A stretch of 64,000 nucleotides of DNA from Marinagarivorans cellulosilyticus (GTDB taxonomy: Bacteria > Pseudomonadota > Gammaproteobacteria > Pseudomonadales > Cellvibrionaceae), in assembly GCF_021655555.1 (NCBI RefSeq), contig NZ_AP023086.1:3046453-3110452 (forward strand), read 5' to 3'. This document shows, piece after piece, positions 51,767-61,577 of this stretch (within the stretch, counting starts at the first letter, position 1; each line of letters starts with the position of its first letter). Under the pieces are notes generated by a model. The model worked only from the letters and a program-made list of their open reading frames with translations, had not been told where the DNA came from and ran no database searches. Position numbers and translations under genes: made by a program.

Positions 51767-53611
51767 TTATTGTCCGCGCCCCATAATCATAACTTCAATC
51801 GTTTTAAACATAATCCATAAATCCATTCGCAGCCAAGTACTCACGTTGTGCAGTGAAAGTGCGTAGCCGTGATCGTATCCCACTTTGCTGCGCACATCTT
51901 CTATGCATGTATCGTAGCCTTGGTGAACCTGCGCTAAGCCGGTAATGCCAGGCATAACACCGTAAGTGCGTTCAGCAAAAAATGGAATTGCTTTTTCGAG
52001 CTTGCCGTAAAAATCGGGGCGTTCTGGGCGAGGGCCTACAATTGACATATCACCGCGTAGAACATTAATTAATTGTGGAATTTCATCAAGCCGAGTTTTT
52101 CGTAGGAAAAGCCCAACTCGGGTGATTCTGGCATCATTCTTTTGCGCCAAAGTAGCACCAGTGGCTTTTTCGGCATCTTGTACCATGCTGCGAAATTTAT
52201 ACATTGTAAAATATTGCGTTTGGGTGGGGGTGCACAAGCCAATGCGCACTTGGCTAAAAATAGCGGGTCCGCGCGATTCCAGTTTAATCGCTAGCACCAG
52301 TAATGGCAGTAATGGTGAGAGGATGACTAGCGCGCTGCCAGCAATGACAATATCAAAGATACGTTTGGCTTTTGCCGTCGTGCGATCAATCCCAAAGAAT
52401 GTATCGTTATCATTATTACGGGCCTTGTGGCGCAATACCGCGCGGTGTTTGCCGTGTAGTGCATCCCAAAGGTAGCGGCTGCTACCTAATAAGCTGCAGT
52501 AATGCCCGCGCACTAAATACCCCAGTGGGGACAATTTTCGGGTGTAGGGGAAATTGCATAAACTTAAAATCCCCATAATATAACCACTAACTTGGCCGGC
52601 AAAGGCTAATAAAAATAATGCGCTTAAGGGCGCAAGTAGGGCAGAGCCTAGCAGCGCAATAAGCATTAAATACGGCATAAGGACGCGAAGCGTTTTACCG
52701 GATGCAAACATAAATGCGATGTTGCGGTAGCGAGGGTGCAATAAATGATGCAAGCGAAACAGCTGTTGGGTATTGCCCGCTGCAATTCTAATACGGCGGT
52801 GGCTCTCAAGCTCACTTGTGGTTTGTTCTAACTCAAGGGCATTAATGTTGGGTTCCATAATCGCCTGAAACCCCGCAGCGACAATTTGCATTGGAATAAT
52901 GAAATCGTCATTGATGGTATCAGCTGGAAGAGGTGTGTATAGCTCCGAGCGTATGGCATAAAATGCACCGTGCGCGCCTTGTACTGCGCCCATAGCCGAT
53001 TCGGCAAGTTGCTGCTGGCACTGAAAATCCCAATAGGCTTTTTCACCTTGGGTGGCAGGTGAGAGTAATCGGTAATAGCCAGTGACTACGCCAACTTTTT
53101 TATCTGCAAAGTGCTTGGCGCAAAGGCTAAATGCATCGCAAGAAATCAAAGCAGATACATCGCTAAAAGCAATGAGGTCCGCTTTACTTTTGGTGGCGTA
53201 AGTGTTCAAACGGGCAACTTTTCCTGCGTTATCTTTATGTGCATGGATATGAAATTGCCAGCTTTCAAACAGTGGGTCGTTTAATGTTTTTTGTGCAATG
53301 GTTTCGGTGTTGTCGGTGCAACCATCTAAAACAATGTGAAACGCTATTTTGTTTTCAGGGTAATCGATGCAAGCTAAGTTATAGAGTTTTTCTTTGATGG
53401 TTTTTTCTTCGTTAAATGCAGGAATAATAACATCAATAAAAGGATAGCTTTCTAACTTAGCTTGAGACTGTACATTGTTAGGATGTATGTCTCGGCTTTT
53501 TCTTTGTGCCAAACGCTTAAGTAGCAGCGGGTAGAAGGCATGGTGATAAATTACTAAGAGAATACTCAACAGCGTTAGGAATCCGGCAAGTTGTAATAAA
53601 TAGTGAGTCAT
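51767..53611 (-). CDS. Bifunctional fusion: N-terminal family-2 glycosyltransferase plus C-terminal small monotopic phosphoglycosyltransferase (bacterial sugar transferase, WbaP/PssY C-domain type)
   Basis: GT2 N-half (VIIPAFNEEKTI, ...AFSDVSA, multiple TMs). C-half Bac_transf motifs KRIFDIVIAGSALVILSPL, YKFRSM, DEIPQLINVLRGDMSIVGPRPERP and PGITGLAQV. Confidence 0.8.
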   Translation of the reverse strand: MTHYLLQLAGFLTLLSILLVIYHHAFYPLLLKRLAQRKSRDIHPNNVQSQAKLESYPFIDVIIPAFNEEKTIKEKLYNLACIDYPENKIAFHIVLDGCTDNTETIAQKTLNDPLFESWQFHIHAHKDNAGKVARLNTYATKSKADLIAFSDVSALISCDAFSLCAKHFADKKVGVVTGYYRLLSPATQGEKAYWDFQCQQQLAESAMGAVQGAHGAFYAIRSELYTPLPADTINDDFIIPMQIVAAGFQAIMEPNINALELEQTTSELESHRRIRIAAGNTQQLFRLHHLLHPRYRNIAFMFASGKTLRVLMPYLMLIALLGSALLAPLSALFLLAFAGQVSGYIMGILSLCNFPYTRKLSPLGYLVRGHYCSLLGSSRYLWDALHGKHRAVLRHKARNNDNDTFFGIDRTTAKAKRIFDIVIAGSALVILSPLLPLLVLAIKLESRGPAIFSQVRIGLCTPTQTQYFTMYKFRSMVQDAEKATGATLAQKNDARITRVGLFLRKTRLDEIPQLINVLRGDMSIVGPRPERPDFYGKLEKAIPFFAERTYGVMPGITGLAQVHQGYDTCIEDVRSKVGYDHGYALSLHNVSTWLRMDLWIMFKTIEVMIMGRGQ

Positions 53612-53620
53612 GGTTTTTTC

Positions 53621-54688
53621 CTAAGCGCTAAGCAGTTGTTGGTAAGCATTTGTCATCGCATCGATCGAAAAATTCTGGCAGATAAAAGGGCGGGGTGATG
53701 CGTGTTTTGGGGCTCTACTTTGTTTAAGAATTGCATCGGCCAGTGCACGAGGGTTGGCAGGCTCCACGGCGATGCCCGAGGATGGGCATAGCGTTTCCGC
53801 GGCGCCACCTACATTGCTAACAATGCTCGGAATGTTACAAGCCTGCGCCTCTAAGGGCGCCAGAGGGAAGCCTTCGTTTAACGATGGAAGGCAAAAGCCA
53901 TCAAGCATGCGGTAGAAATTTTCGGTATGGTCGATGTGCCCTAAAAAGTGAATGCGGTGTTGCAAATTGAGCGATGTTGCTAGCTTTTTTAAGGCCTGTT
54001 CGCAGCTACCAGTGCCTGCCAGTGCCAGCGATATAGTATCGGGCAGATGCTGCACGGCGCGAATAAGGTGTTCGTGGCCTTTAACGGTTTCTAATCGTCC
54101 TGCGGAGCCTAAAAGGTACTGTGTGCTTTCTAGCCCCCAGTTTAGACGCAAGGTGTATTTATTGATTTCACTTTCACAGGGGTGAAATTTTTCTGTATCT
54201 ATACCGTTATAGATAATTTGACTTTTAGCGCCAGTGGATGCTTTGATGGCTTGGGCAACTTGCTTGGCGTCGGCTACCAGTGTTGGTTGCAGCAATACAT
54301 TTAGGCAGCGTTGAATGCCAGAGTGCTTTGCATTTTGCAAGTGCCAGCCATCATGTTCCGTATGTACATGCTTTCTAATGCCATTTAAGGCGGCTGCAAT
54401 ACCACCGTATATAAATGGGCCAATGTGGTGAGTGTGTATGGCGTTAACTTTATGGCTGAGCAAAATCTCTTTTAATTTTTTTATGGTGCCTATGGAAAAA
54501 CCGCTGGGCTTACCTAAGAAAAAAATACGATCCCGGAAGGGCGCTAAACGAGGCCACTGTGTTATTGCTTGTTGTGGCGCGCCCTCTAGGCTAATAATAA
54601 TACTGCCTTGTTGCTGCTCCATTAGTGTAAGCGCTAGGGCTTCAATGCCGCCGGGCTGTAGGTGCTGTACAATTTGTGCGCTGGTCAT
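53621..54688 (-). CDS. Glycosyltransferase family 4 (GT-B, 'group 1')
   Basis: E-x7-E motif region NEGFPLAPLEAQACNIPSIVSNVGG. Confidence 0.85.
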   Translation of the reverse strand: MTSAQIVQHLQPGGIEALALTLMEQQQGSIIISLEGAPQQAITQWPRLAPFRDRIFFLGKPSGFSIGTIKKLKEILLSHKVNAIHTHHIGPFIYGGIAAALNGIRKHVHTEHDGWHLQNAKHSGIQRCLNVLLQPTLVADAKQVAQAIKASTGAKSQIIYNGIDTEKFHPCESEINKYTLRLNWGLESTQYLLGSAGRLETVKGHEHLIRAVQHLPDTISLALAGTGSCEQALKKLATSLNLQHRIHFLGHIDHTENFYRMLDGFCLPSLNEGFPLAPLEAQACNIPSIVSNVGGAAETLCPSSGIAVEPANPRALADAILKQSRAPKHASPRPFICQNFSIDAMTNAYQQLLSA

Positions 54689-54864
54689 GATGGCCTCGTT
54701 TATTAAATTGCGAATCTATTTGCAAAATGCAAAAAATTGAAAATATCAATACTGCATTTGCGTAATTACTCGTGTTATTGCAATCTGTGGCCCAGCTTTG
54801 TTGCTTTTTTTCGTTATCTTAGAATTTATTTTTTGGTGATAATCAAAAATTCTATTATTTGGTT

Positions 54865-56325
54865 TTATGGCGCACTACGCATACTGGAGTGATTGAGTGG
54901 CGGTATGTTAGCTGCAATGCTTAATTGCGTAAGGGCTAGCACTTGGTCGCCACGGCGAATGGTGCTGTCGGTTGCTTCGCCAATAATGGCTAAACCAATA
55001 CCTAAGGTTAGGCCGCCAAAAATGCCGGCAATCACAAATAAAAATGCCGGAGGGTTGGTGGGTTGTGTAGGGGTATATGGCTTATCAATAATCTTGACGC
55101 GATCTTGGCTTTCAAAAGCGCTAAGTGATCCGGTGATTTTGGCCATCTCATGCCGCTTTTGTAAATCGTTATGCAGTGCGCGTTTAATATCAATATCGCG
55201 AATAAGAGTGGTTAGCTCTTGTTCTCGGCTACCCATATCTTGAAGTTTCGCTTCGAGTTGCGCTAGGCTTTTCTTTAAATGCTGGGTTTGCTCCTCTAGG
55301 TGCGCAACGTCGCCCTGGTTTTTTTGCAAAGCCTGTAGTTGTGTCATTAATAGTGTCAGCTCACCGCTGTCTGCGGCAACATAGTTGCTGGCCATGACCC
55401 AAAGATTTTTTAAATTATCGATATTATCAGTGGTTTCGAGTATTTTTTGGCGCTCGGTTTCTAGGCGCTCTAGTTGAAAAACCAGCTGCTTCACTGCGCT
55501 ATGTTCTTCTGTGTAGCGTGCGCGTTTAGCCGATAAATCACCTTTTGTTTGAATGATTTTGTCTTCAATACCGCTAATGATAGGGTTGGTTGAAGAAAGC
55601 TGTTCGGCCAAACTGCCGAGCCGTTTCTTTTCGCCGGCAAGTAGGGCACTTTTTTCGGCATAGTCGTGCTTTAGCTGTTCTAAGCGTGCAATGTGCGCTG
55701 TGCGATGCTCGGGTAATTCATTAGGGTAGCGGTTTTTAAAATGGGCCAGTTTTTGTTCTGCGATATTTAATTCGGTGAGGTTTTTTTCGATTTCAGTCGA
55801 TAAAAAGCTAGCCGAACCCGAAATAGAAGAGCGTTCGGGTGTTAGCAATTCATCAATAAAGTAACGGCTCACAATATTTAGTACTTGCTCCATATTGTGT
55901 GGCGAGCTGTCTTTATATTCTAGGCGATAGACATCTTTACTCACAATGCGCATTTTAAGTTTGCTTGACAATTGGCCGATCGCCCTGTCTTTTTCGGGGG
56001 CGGGGGTTTGCTCACTAATAAGTTGTAGCTCTAATGCAACGGCGGTTAAAATGTGTCGGCTATGGAGTAGAGTATTTAACGCGCCAATGCGCTCCTCTAG
56101 TAGCGGGGATACCGAAAAATCTTCCAAAAAGGGATTCATCTTCGCTGTTTCTTGAATGAGCATAGAAGTATGCGTGGCGTAATTTTTTGGCATTTTAAGG
56201 CCAATAATTAAACCCAAGACAGGCAAAATGAGCATAGGCAATACAATGCTGTAGCGGTAGCGCCACATAACACCTAAAAGCCATACGGTGCGCTGCCAAA
56301 TGTCCATTATAGTGCTCCCATCCAC
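54865..56325 (-). CDS. Polysaccharide chain-length determinant / GumC-Wzz family (PCP) protein
   Basis: N-terminal TM, periplasmic Wzz-like region, a long coiled coil and a C-terminal TM (FVIAGIFGGLTLGIGLAIIG). Confidence 0.75.
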   Translation of the reverse strand: MDGSTIMDIWQRTVWLLGVMWRYRYSIVLPMLILPVLGLIIGLKMPKNYATHTSMLIQETAKMNPFLEDFSVSPLLEERIGALNTLLHSRHILTAVALELQLISEQTPAPEKDRAIGQLSSKLKMRIVSKDVYRLEYKDSSPHNMEQVLNIVSRYFIDELLTPERSSISGSASFLSTEIEKNLTELNIAEQKLAHFKNRYPNELPEHRTAHIARLEQLKHDYAEKSALLAGEKKRLGSLAEQLSSTNPIISGIEDKIIQTKGDLSAKRARYTEEHSAVKQLVFQLERLETERQKILETTDNIDNLKNLWVMASNYVAADSGELTLLMTQLQALQKNQGDVAHLEEQTQHLKKSLAQLEAKLQDMGSREQELTTLIRDIDIKRALHNDLQKRHEMAKITGSLSAFESQDRVKIIDKPYTPTQPTNPPAFLFVIAGIFGGLTLGIGLAIIGEATDSTIRRGDQVLALTQLSIAANIPPLNHSSMRSAP

Positions 56326-57494
56326 AGGTCTAATTCCTGTGCTTTTACTTGCCAGCTCTGGTGTTGCACGGCGTATTGCTGGGCGTTGTTGGCTGCTTGA
56401 TGGGTATCGATGCTCGATAGGATCTGACTAAAGTGCGCGCTGTTGCTGGCAATATTAACGAAGCTTCGGTATTCCTCAACAGCAGGGAACTGCGTGCTAA
56501 TAATGGGTTTTCCTATGGCCATATATTCACGTAGCTTTAAAGGGTTGCAGTGTTGTATTTGTGCGCAATTAACAAACGGCAGTAAGGATGCTTGCCAGTG
56601 TTGGCTATAGGATGGTAGCTGCTGGTGTGCTTTAGGACCTAAAAAATAGGTGTTTTTAAGTTTTTTTAGGGCTTCTACGTTAATTTTTTCTTGGCCAATA
56701 AATACGAAATCCCAACTAGGGTTTTCTTGTGCAGTTTTTATTAATAGTGGAATATCTAACCAAGATTCTATACTGCCATAAAAGCCTGCTATAGGTTTAT
56801 TATTGCGGGGTAAGTCGGCCGCAGGTTTCGTTGTTTGCTTAAATAGCGTGATATCAACCCCGTGTGGCAGTAGCTTTATTTTACGTGCGGGCCACTTTTT
56901 TTGTAGTTCTTTTTGGCTAACAACCACTAAATTGGCCGTGTCGATCAGTTTGTTCTCGTGCTCGGTAACGGTGTTATGGTCAACCCCTGCCAGCCCAGAA
57001 AAGTCATCGCAGCAGTAATAGATGCTGGCATAATGGGGGATATACGCAAAGCTATCGACGGCGGTTGGAAGCGATGTCCATATTAATGGCTTATCAAATT
57101 TCAGTTTTTGGCACAGTGCATTAACTTGTTTTGCAATGGTCTTAGCGCACAGTGTTCGCACTACAGCGTTGCGTGGGGCTGGCCAAGTTTTAATATTGGC
57201 AACCGTTATATTGCCAGAGGTATTTTCACAATGCTTAGAATTATTCGGTTCGTCGTAGGTTTTTGCGCGCATTGCACTTGGAAATAGTTTGTTCCACGCG
57301 CGCTGCACATCGTTGCTATTTAGCTTGGGTTGGCGCAAGCCAATCGAGTTAATCCACAGTACTCGCCGGTTGTGAGCCATTGCCTTAATTAAATGCTGGG
57401 TGCTACTGGGAAGCCCATGCCAGTCTTCACCAAAAACGATTAAATCACGCAACATGACTAAGCTCCTTACTAATGTGGTTAGCGCATTTAGCAT
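56307..57494 (-). CDS. Glycosyltransferase (GT-B/GT1-like). The start may be the internal Met at about 57455.
   Basis: 395-aa ORF in the EPS locus with GT-B-like features in its C-half (GFYGSIESWLDIPLL...GPKAHQQLP...EYMAIGKPIIST). Weak assignment. Confidence 0.55.
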   Translation of the reverse strand: MLNALTTLVRSLVMLRDLIVFGEDWHGLPSSTQHLIKAMAHNRRVLWINSIGLRQPKLNSNDVQRAWNKLFPSAMRAKTYDEPNNSKHCENTSGNITVANIKTWPAPRNAVVRTLCAKTIAKQVNALCQKLKFDKPLIWTSLPTAVDSFAYIPHYASIYYCCDDFSGLAGVDHNTVTEHENKLIDTANLVVVSQKELQKKWPARKIKLLPHGVDITLFKQTTKPAADLPRNNKPIAGFYGSIESWLDIPLLIKTAQENPSWDFVFIGQEKINVEALKKLKNTYFLGPKAHQQLPSYSQHWQASLLPFVNCAQIQHCNPLKLREYMAIGKPIISTQFPAVEEYRSFVNIASNSAHFSQILSSIDTHQAANNAQQYAVQHQSWQVKAQELDLWMGAL

Positions 57495-58227
57495 TGTCGC
57501 GTGTTAAGCCAAGCTCTTGTTCGCTAAGAGGGCGTATAACTTTGGCTGGGTTGCCAGCGGCAATAACGTTGGCGGGTATATCTTTTGTAACAACACTGCC
57601 TGTACCTATTATGCTGTTTTCGCCAATGCGTACTTTGGGTAGCACGGTGCAGCCGGTGCCAAGCCAAACGTTGTCTTCAAGTACGATATCGCCTACTTGG
57701 TTTTCTAATTCAGCATCGCCATTGGCGCGAGCTACGGGGTTTATGGGGTGGCCTGGGTAGCCGGCTAAAAAGCAGCGCCCCGCGATTCTTACGTTATTAC
57801 CAATAATCACTTTTTTACCCACGGCAATAGTGGTTTGCCAGCTAATACCAACGTTGTGGCCAATTAACAGTTGTGCGCAGTCACTATTTTGGCTGCGTCC
57901 GCTAAATGTAGTTTGGCCAGAAATTCTGCAGTTTTCTCCTAATGTTATGGCTAAGCGGCCCGCTAAAAATGGCATGCCGGTGTATAAGTAAAGATGGCGC
58001 GGTGCTTTATCGACGAGTGCTTTAAAAAGAGGCGTCCACCAAAAAATGCGGATGACTTCTTTAATGCCATTACTTAACAGAAAAAAAACAGGTGCCATCA
58101 CGCGATAAGGCATAAGTGGCAGCGGTACATTGAGCGTTCGCATACCTTTAATGTAAGGGCGCAAAGTACTAGCCAGTGGATGATCGCTATTTTTCAGCCA
58201 AGCTTTTGTCGATTCTATATATAACAT
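57445..58227 (-). CDS. Hexapeptide-repeat (LbH) acetyltransferase, WcaF/colanic-acid acetyltransferase-like
   Basis: Left-handed beta-helix repeats (IGHNVGISWQTTIAVGKKVIIGNNVRIAG..., VLEDNVWLGTGCTVLPKVRIGENSIIGTGSVV). Confidence 0.8.
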   Translation of the reverse strand: MLYIESTKAWLKNSDHPLASTLRPYIKGMRTLNVPLPLMPYRVMAPVFFLLSNGIKEVIRIFWWTPLFKALVDKAPRHLYLYTGMPFLAGRLAITLGENCRISGQTTFSGRSQNSDCAQLLIGHNVGISWQTTIAVGKKVIIGNNVRIAGRCFLAGYPGHPINPVARANGDAELENQVGDIVLEDNVWLGTGCTVLPKVRIGENSIIGTGSVVTKDIPANVIAAGNPAKVIRPLSEQELGLTRDNAKCANHISKELSHVA

Positions 58228-58669
58228 AGGAGTGAACTTGTTTTATTGATGATATGTGCGTCCTAGCTAGAATCGCGCCAAAAGTATTTCAATATTTCTA
58301 TCAGGTTTAAGGATTTTGTGCGCTGATTTAACGGTTATATACCGTAAATTCACCCTGCTGGCTTCTATGATTTTATCTTTTTCGCATTTTGCAATTAATG
58401 TTTTTACATTTGTTTTGCAGAATGAGAATTATATTTTCATTCTAGGAAGCGCCAAGGCTGAAACTCCCTAATTGATGGATTTGGAACTGTAAAATTAAAT
58501 TTAAGGAGTGGTTCGCTTTTTGCTGTTGTCAAAATGTTAGCTAGCTATGACATGCCGTTACGAGTCGGCGCCATGCCATTAGGCATAAGAGGCGCAATTA
58601 TTGAATCTTGTATGCATAAATACAGCTGGAAAAGTCAATATGTACTATTACTTATAAAGGTAATTAATA

Positions 58670-60022
58670 ATGGTGGCAGCACGCTTGAAAAACGACGAGG
58701 ACGACAATAACCATAGCATGGCCACGCCGGCTTCAGAGCCGACAGTCTTGTTTGTGGATGACGAAGCCCCCGTATTAAAGGCCATGACGCGGTTTTCGCG
58801 TGGCCGAGGCTGGAATGTCTTAACTGCACTCAGTGGGCAAGAGGGGCTAGCATTACTGGCAGATCAACAAGTGGATGTGGTGGTATCCGACATGCGGATG
58901 CCCGGCATGACCGGTGACATCTTCCTTGCCAAAATTAAACAGCAATACCCCGATGTTATTCGGATTTTATTAACCGGCCACGCGGATGTTAAAGCGTTGG
59001 AAAACGCCATTAACCATGCGGGTATTTATAACTATATTAATAAACCCTGGGACGATCACTTGCTAGGCGAGGTCATTCAAGGTGCTTTACGTTTTCAAGA
59101 GTCAGAGCGCGAGCGTAAACGTTTAGAAGATTTAACGAGAAAGCAAAACCGTCAGTTAGGGCGTTTAGCTTTAAGTTTAGATAAAACTGTCAAAGAACGG
59201 ACAATTGAAATTGAGCAAGCTTTAACATTATTGCAAATGACGCACGAGCGTTCTAAAAAAAGCTTTCACGATGCGTTGAGTGTGGTAACCCAGTTATTAG
59301 ATTGGAACGAAGGCCGGGCGAATAATCATTGTCGTTTTGTCGCCGAGTTAGCGCAAAAAACAGCTACAGCCATGAAACTGAGCGAAGACGATGTCGAGCT
59401 AACGCAAACGGCAGGCTTATTACACGATATAGGTTTGATGGCGTTGCCCGAAAACTTACGTAAAAAACCCGTTTACGATATGACTGACGAAGAAGTCGCA
59501 GATTATCAGCAGCATCCAATTCTTGCAGAAATGGCGCTATCGGCGGCCAGTGGCTTAGAGGCCGTAGCTAAGGTGGTTAAGCAACACCACGAGCATGTAG
59601 ATGGCAAGGGCTTTCCCGATGGTTTACGTGGCACAGCGGTATCAATGCCTGCACGTATAATTGCGGTTGTTGCCGATTACCACGATCTCTACCACGGCTT
59701 GTTGGCGCGGCAATGTCTTGGGCACGAAGACGCCAAGGCTCACCTGCAGAAAAAGGCCGGCACAACTTACGATATTGCTGTAGTTAATGCCTTTTTGTCG
59801 TTATTGGGTGATCAAAACAGAGAGCACATTCACCGTTTTAAAGCGACCGTTGCCCAACTAAAAGAAGGCATGCTGCTGGATCAAGATTTACATGCCTCCA
59901 ATAAGCTTTTATTGCTAACAGAGGGTACCGTAATTACGCGTAATATTATTGATCGCTTAGTCAGTTATCAGCGCAAGTTTGATTGCAAATTTGAACTGAT
60001 GGTAAAAGGTGATATCGGTTAG
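58670..60022 (+). CDS. Response regulator with REC plus an HD-GYP phosphodiesterase domain (GYP replaced by GFP)
   Basis: REC motifs VLFVDDE...VVVSDMRMPGMTG...LLTGH. HD-GYP motifs LLHDIGLMALPE and HHEHVDGKGFPDGL. Confidence 0.85.
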   Translation: MVAARLKNDEDDNNHSMATPASEPTVLFVDDEAPVLKAMTRFSRGRGWNVLTALSGQEGLALLADQQVDVVVSDMRMPGMTGDIFLAKIKQQYPDVIRILLTGHADVKALENAINHAGIYNYINKPWDDHLLGEVIQGALRFQESERERKRLEDLTRKQNRQLGRLALSLDKTVKERTIEIEQALTLLQMTHERSKKSFHDALSVVTQLLDWNEGRANNHCRFVAELAQKTATAMKLSEDDVELTQTAGLLHDIGLMALPENLRKKPVYDMTDEEVADYQQHPILAEMALSAASGLEAVAKVVKQHHEHVDGKGFPDGLRGTAVSMPARIIAVVADYHDLYHGLLARQCLGHEDAKAHLQKKAGTTYDIAVVNAFLSLLGDQNREHIHRFKATVAQLKEGMLLDQDLHASNKLLLLTEGTVITRNIIDRLVSYQRKFDCKFELMVKGDIG

Positions 60023-60056
60023 TTTACGCCCTTGATTACAGTATGGAGGTTAAAAA

Positions 60057-60599
60057 ATGAAAGGTGCTGTATTTATTGCTTTAAATGATTTTGTAGAAAC
60101 GCTCTACGGTATTGATCGTTGGGAGGCAATATTAGCTGAGGTGAACCCTGAGTCTGGCGGTGTTTATACCTCTGTGCAAAATTATGATGATGCCGAAATG
60201 GTAGCTCTAGTGCATGCCATTTGTAAGCAATTGGGTGTCACCCGCGCCCAAGCTTTAGGTATTTTTGGCGAGTACCTTTTTGGTGTTCTAAACACTAAAT
60301 ACCCAATATTTACCAGTTTGCAACCCGACTTTTTTAAGTTTTTGGCGTGTGTCGAAAGTATAGTGCATACCGAGGTACGTAAGCTATTTAGTGATGTGAA
60401 GCTGCCTTTGATTGTGCCCGTTGAAACAGGCGAGCACAAAATAGTATTACGCTATGAATCAGATCGCCAAATGTGCGAACTTGCCGAGGGCCTAATCCAC
60501 GGTGCGGCTAAATTCTATGATGTGACTATTAAAATGCGTCAAGGGTGTTGTTACCATCAAGGGGATGACCATTGCCTTATTGAGGTTATGCTAGTGTGA
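60057..60599 (+). CDS. hnoX: H-NOX (heme nitric oxide/oxygen-binding) sensor protein
   Basis: H-NOX fold markers: N-terminus MKGAVFIALNDFVETLYGIDRWEAIL, the proximal His in SIVHTEVRKLF and the Y-x-S-x-R heme-propionate motif LRYESDRQMC. At 180 aa it sits directly upstream of a soluble histidine kinase with 4-nt overlap. Confidence 0.85.
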   Translation: MKGAVFIALNDFVETLYGIDRWEAILAEVNPESGGVYTSVQNYDDAEMVALVHAICKQLGVTRAQALGIFGEYLFGVLNTKYPIFTSLQPDFFKFLACVESIVHTEVRKLFSDVKLPLIVPVETGEHKIVLRYESDRQMCELAEGLIHGAAKFYDVTIKMRQGCCYHQGDDHCLIEVMLV

Positions 60600-61561
60600 G
60601 TGACGTAAATTATAAGGCTGCTTACGAACGCCAAAAGAAGGCCAGGGCATTAGCGGAAGAGCTGTTAGAAAACCGTTCGCGTGAACTTTACGAGGCCAAT
60701 CAATCGCTGCAATATGCGTATAACAAGCTAAAAAACCAAAAAGCACAGATCCTTCATCAAGAAAAGTTGGCGTCTATCGGTCAATTGTCTGCTGGTGTTG
60801 CGCACGAAATTAATAACCCTGCAGGCTATGTAAAAAGTAATCTTAATACGCTTAAAGGGTATAGTCAGGATCTTGTTAATTTTTACAGTGCCGTAAACGA
60901 ACTCTTTTCTAGTTACTGTGCTAGCTTGCCTGGTGGTATATGCTCGGCAGAGAGTCAGAAACTTATTGCGCAGTTTGAAGAATTAAAAGGCGTGCATGAT
61001 ATTAAGTTCTTACTAGCCGATATCGCTGATATTGTTGATGAAAGCCATGATGGTATCAAACGTATAGAGGGTATTGTTAGGGGGTTAAAAGATTTTTCTC
61101 GCCCAGACGAACCCGAACCGCAAACTGTGAATTTGGTATCTTGCCTAGAAAACACCATTAAGCTGGTTTCTAATCAGGTAAAACACAAACTTAATATTAC
61201 ATTTGAGCACGAAGGGCAGTTGTTTATTAAAGGGCAGCAGGGCAGCTTGTCGCAGGTTTTTTTAAATTTAATTGTGAATGCGTCGCACGCAGTTGCGGAC
61301 GATGGCCATCTAAAAATTAAAGCAAATTCTGCAGAGGGCTTTGCAATGTTGCATTTTATCGATGACGGATGTGGCATGGATACGCAAACTCAACTTAAAG
61401 TGTTCGAACCGTTTTTTACCACGAAAGCGCAAGGCGTAGGGACAGGTTTGGGGTTGTCGATATCCCACGGTATTATCAAAAAGCATGGCGGTCTAATTAG
61501 TGTGAGTAGCGAGTTAGGGCAGGGTACGGAATTTATTATTCAGCTACCTCTTGATGTATAA
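60596..61561 (+). CDS. hnoK: H-NOX-associated cytoplasmic histidine kinase (HnoK-like)
   Basis: No TM segments. H-box GVAHEINNPAGYV and HATPase_c motifs (NLIVNASHA, DDGCGM, GTGLGLSISHGII). Confidence 0.85.
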   Translation: MSDVNYKAAYERQKKARALAEELLENRSRELYEANQSLQYAYNKLKNQKAQILHQEKLASIGQLSAGVAHEINNPAGYVKSNLNTLKGYSQDLVNFYSAVNELFSSYCASLPGGICSAESQKLIAQFEELKGVHDIKFLLADIADIVDESHDGIKRIEGIVRGLKDFSRPDEPEPQTVNLVSCLENTIKLVSNQVKHKLNITFEHEGQLFIKGQQGSLSQVFLNLIVNASHAVADDGHLKIKANSAEGFAMLHFIDDGCGMDTQTQLKVFEPFFTTKAQGVGTGLGLSISHGIIKKHGGLISVSSELGQGTEFIIQLPLDV

Positions 61562-61577
61562 CCCTCTTATTACCCCA

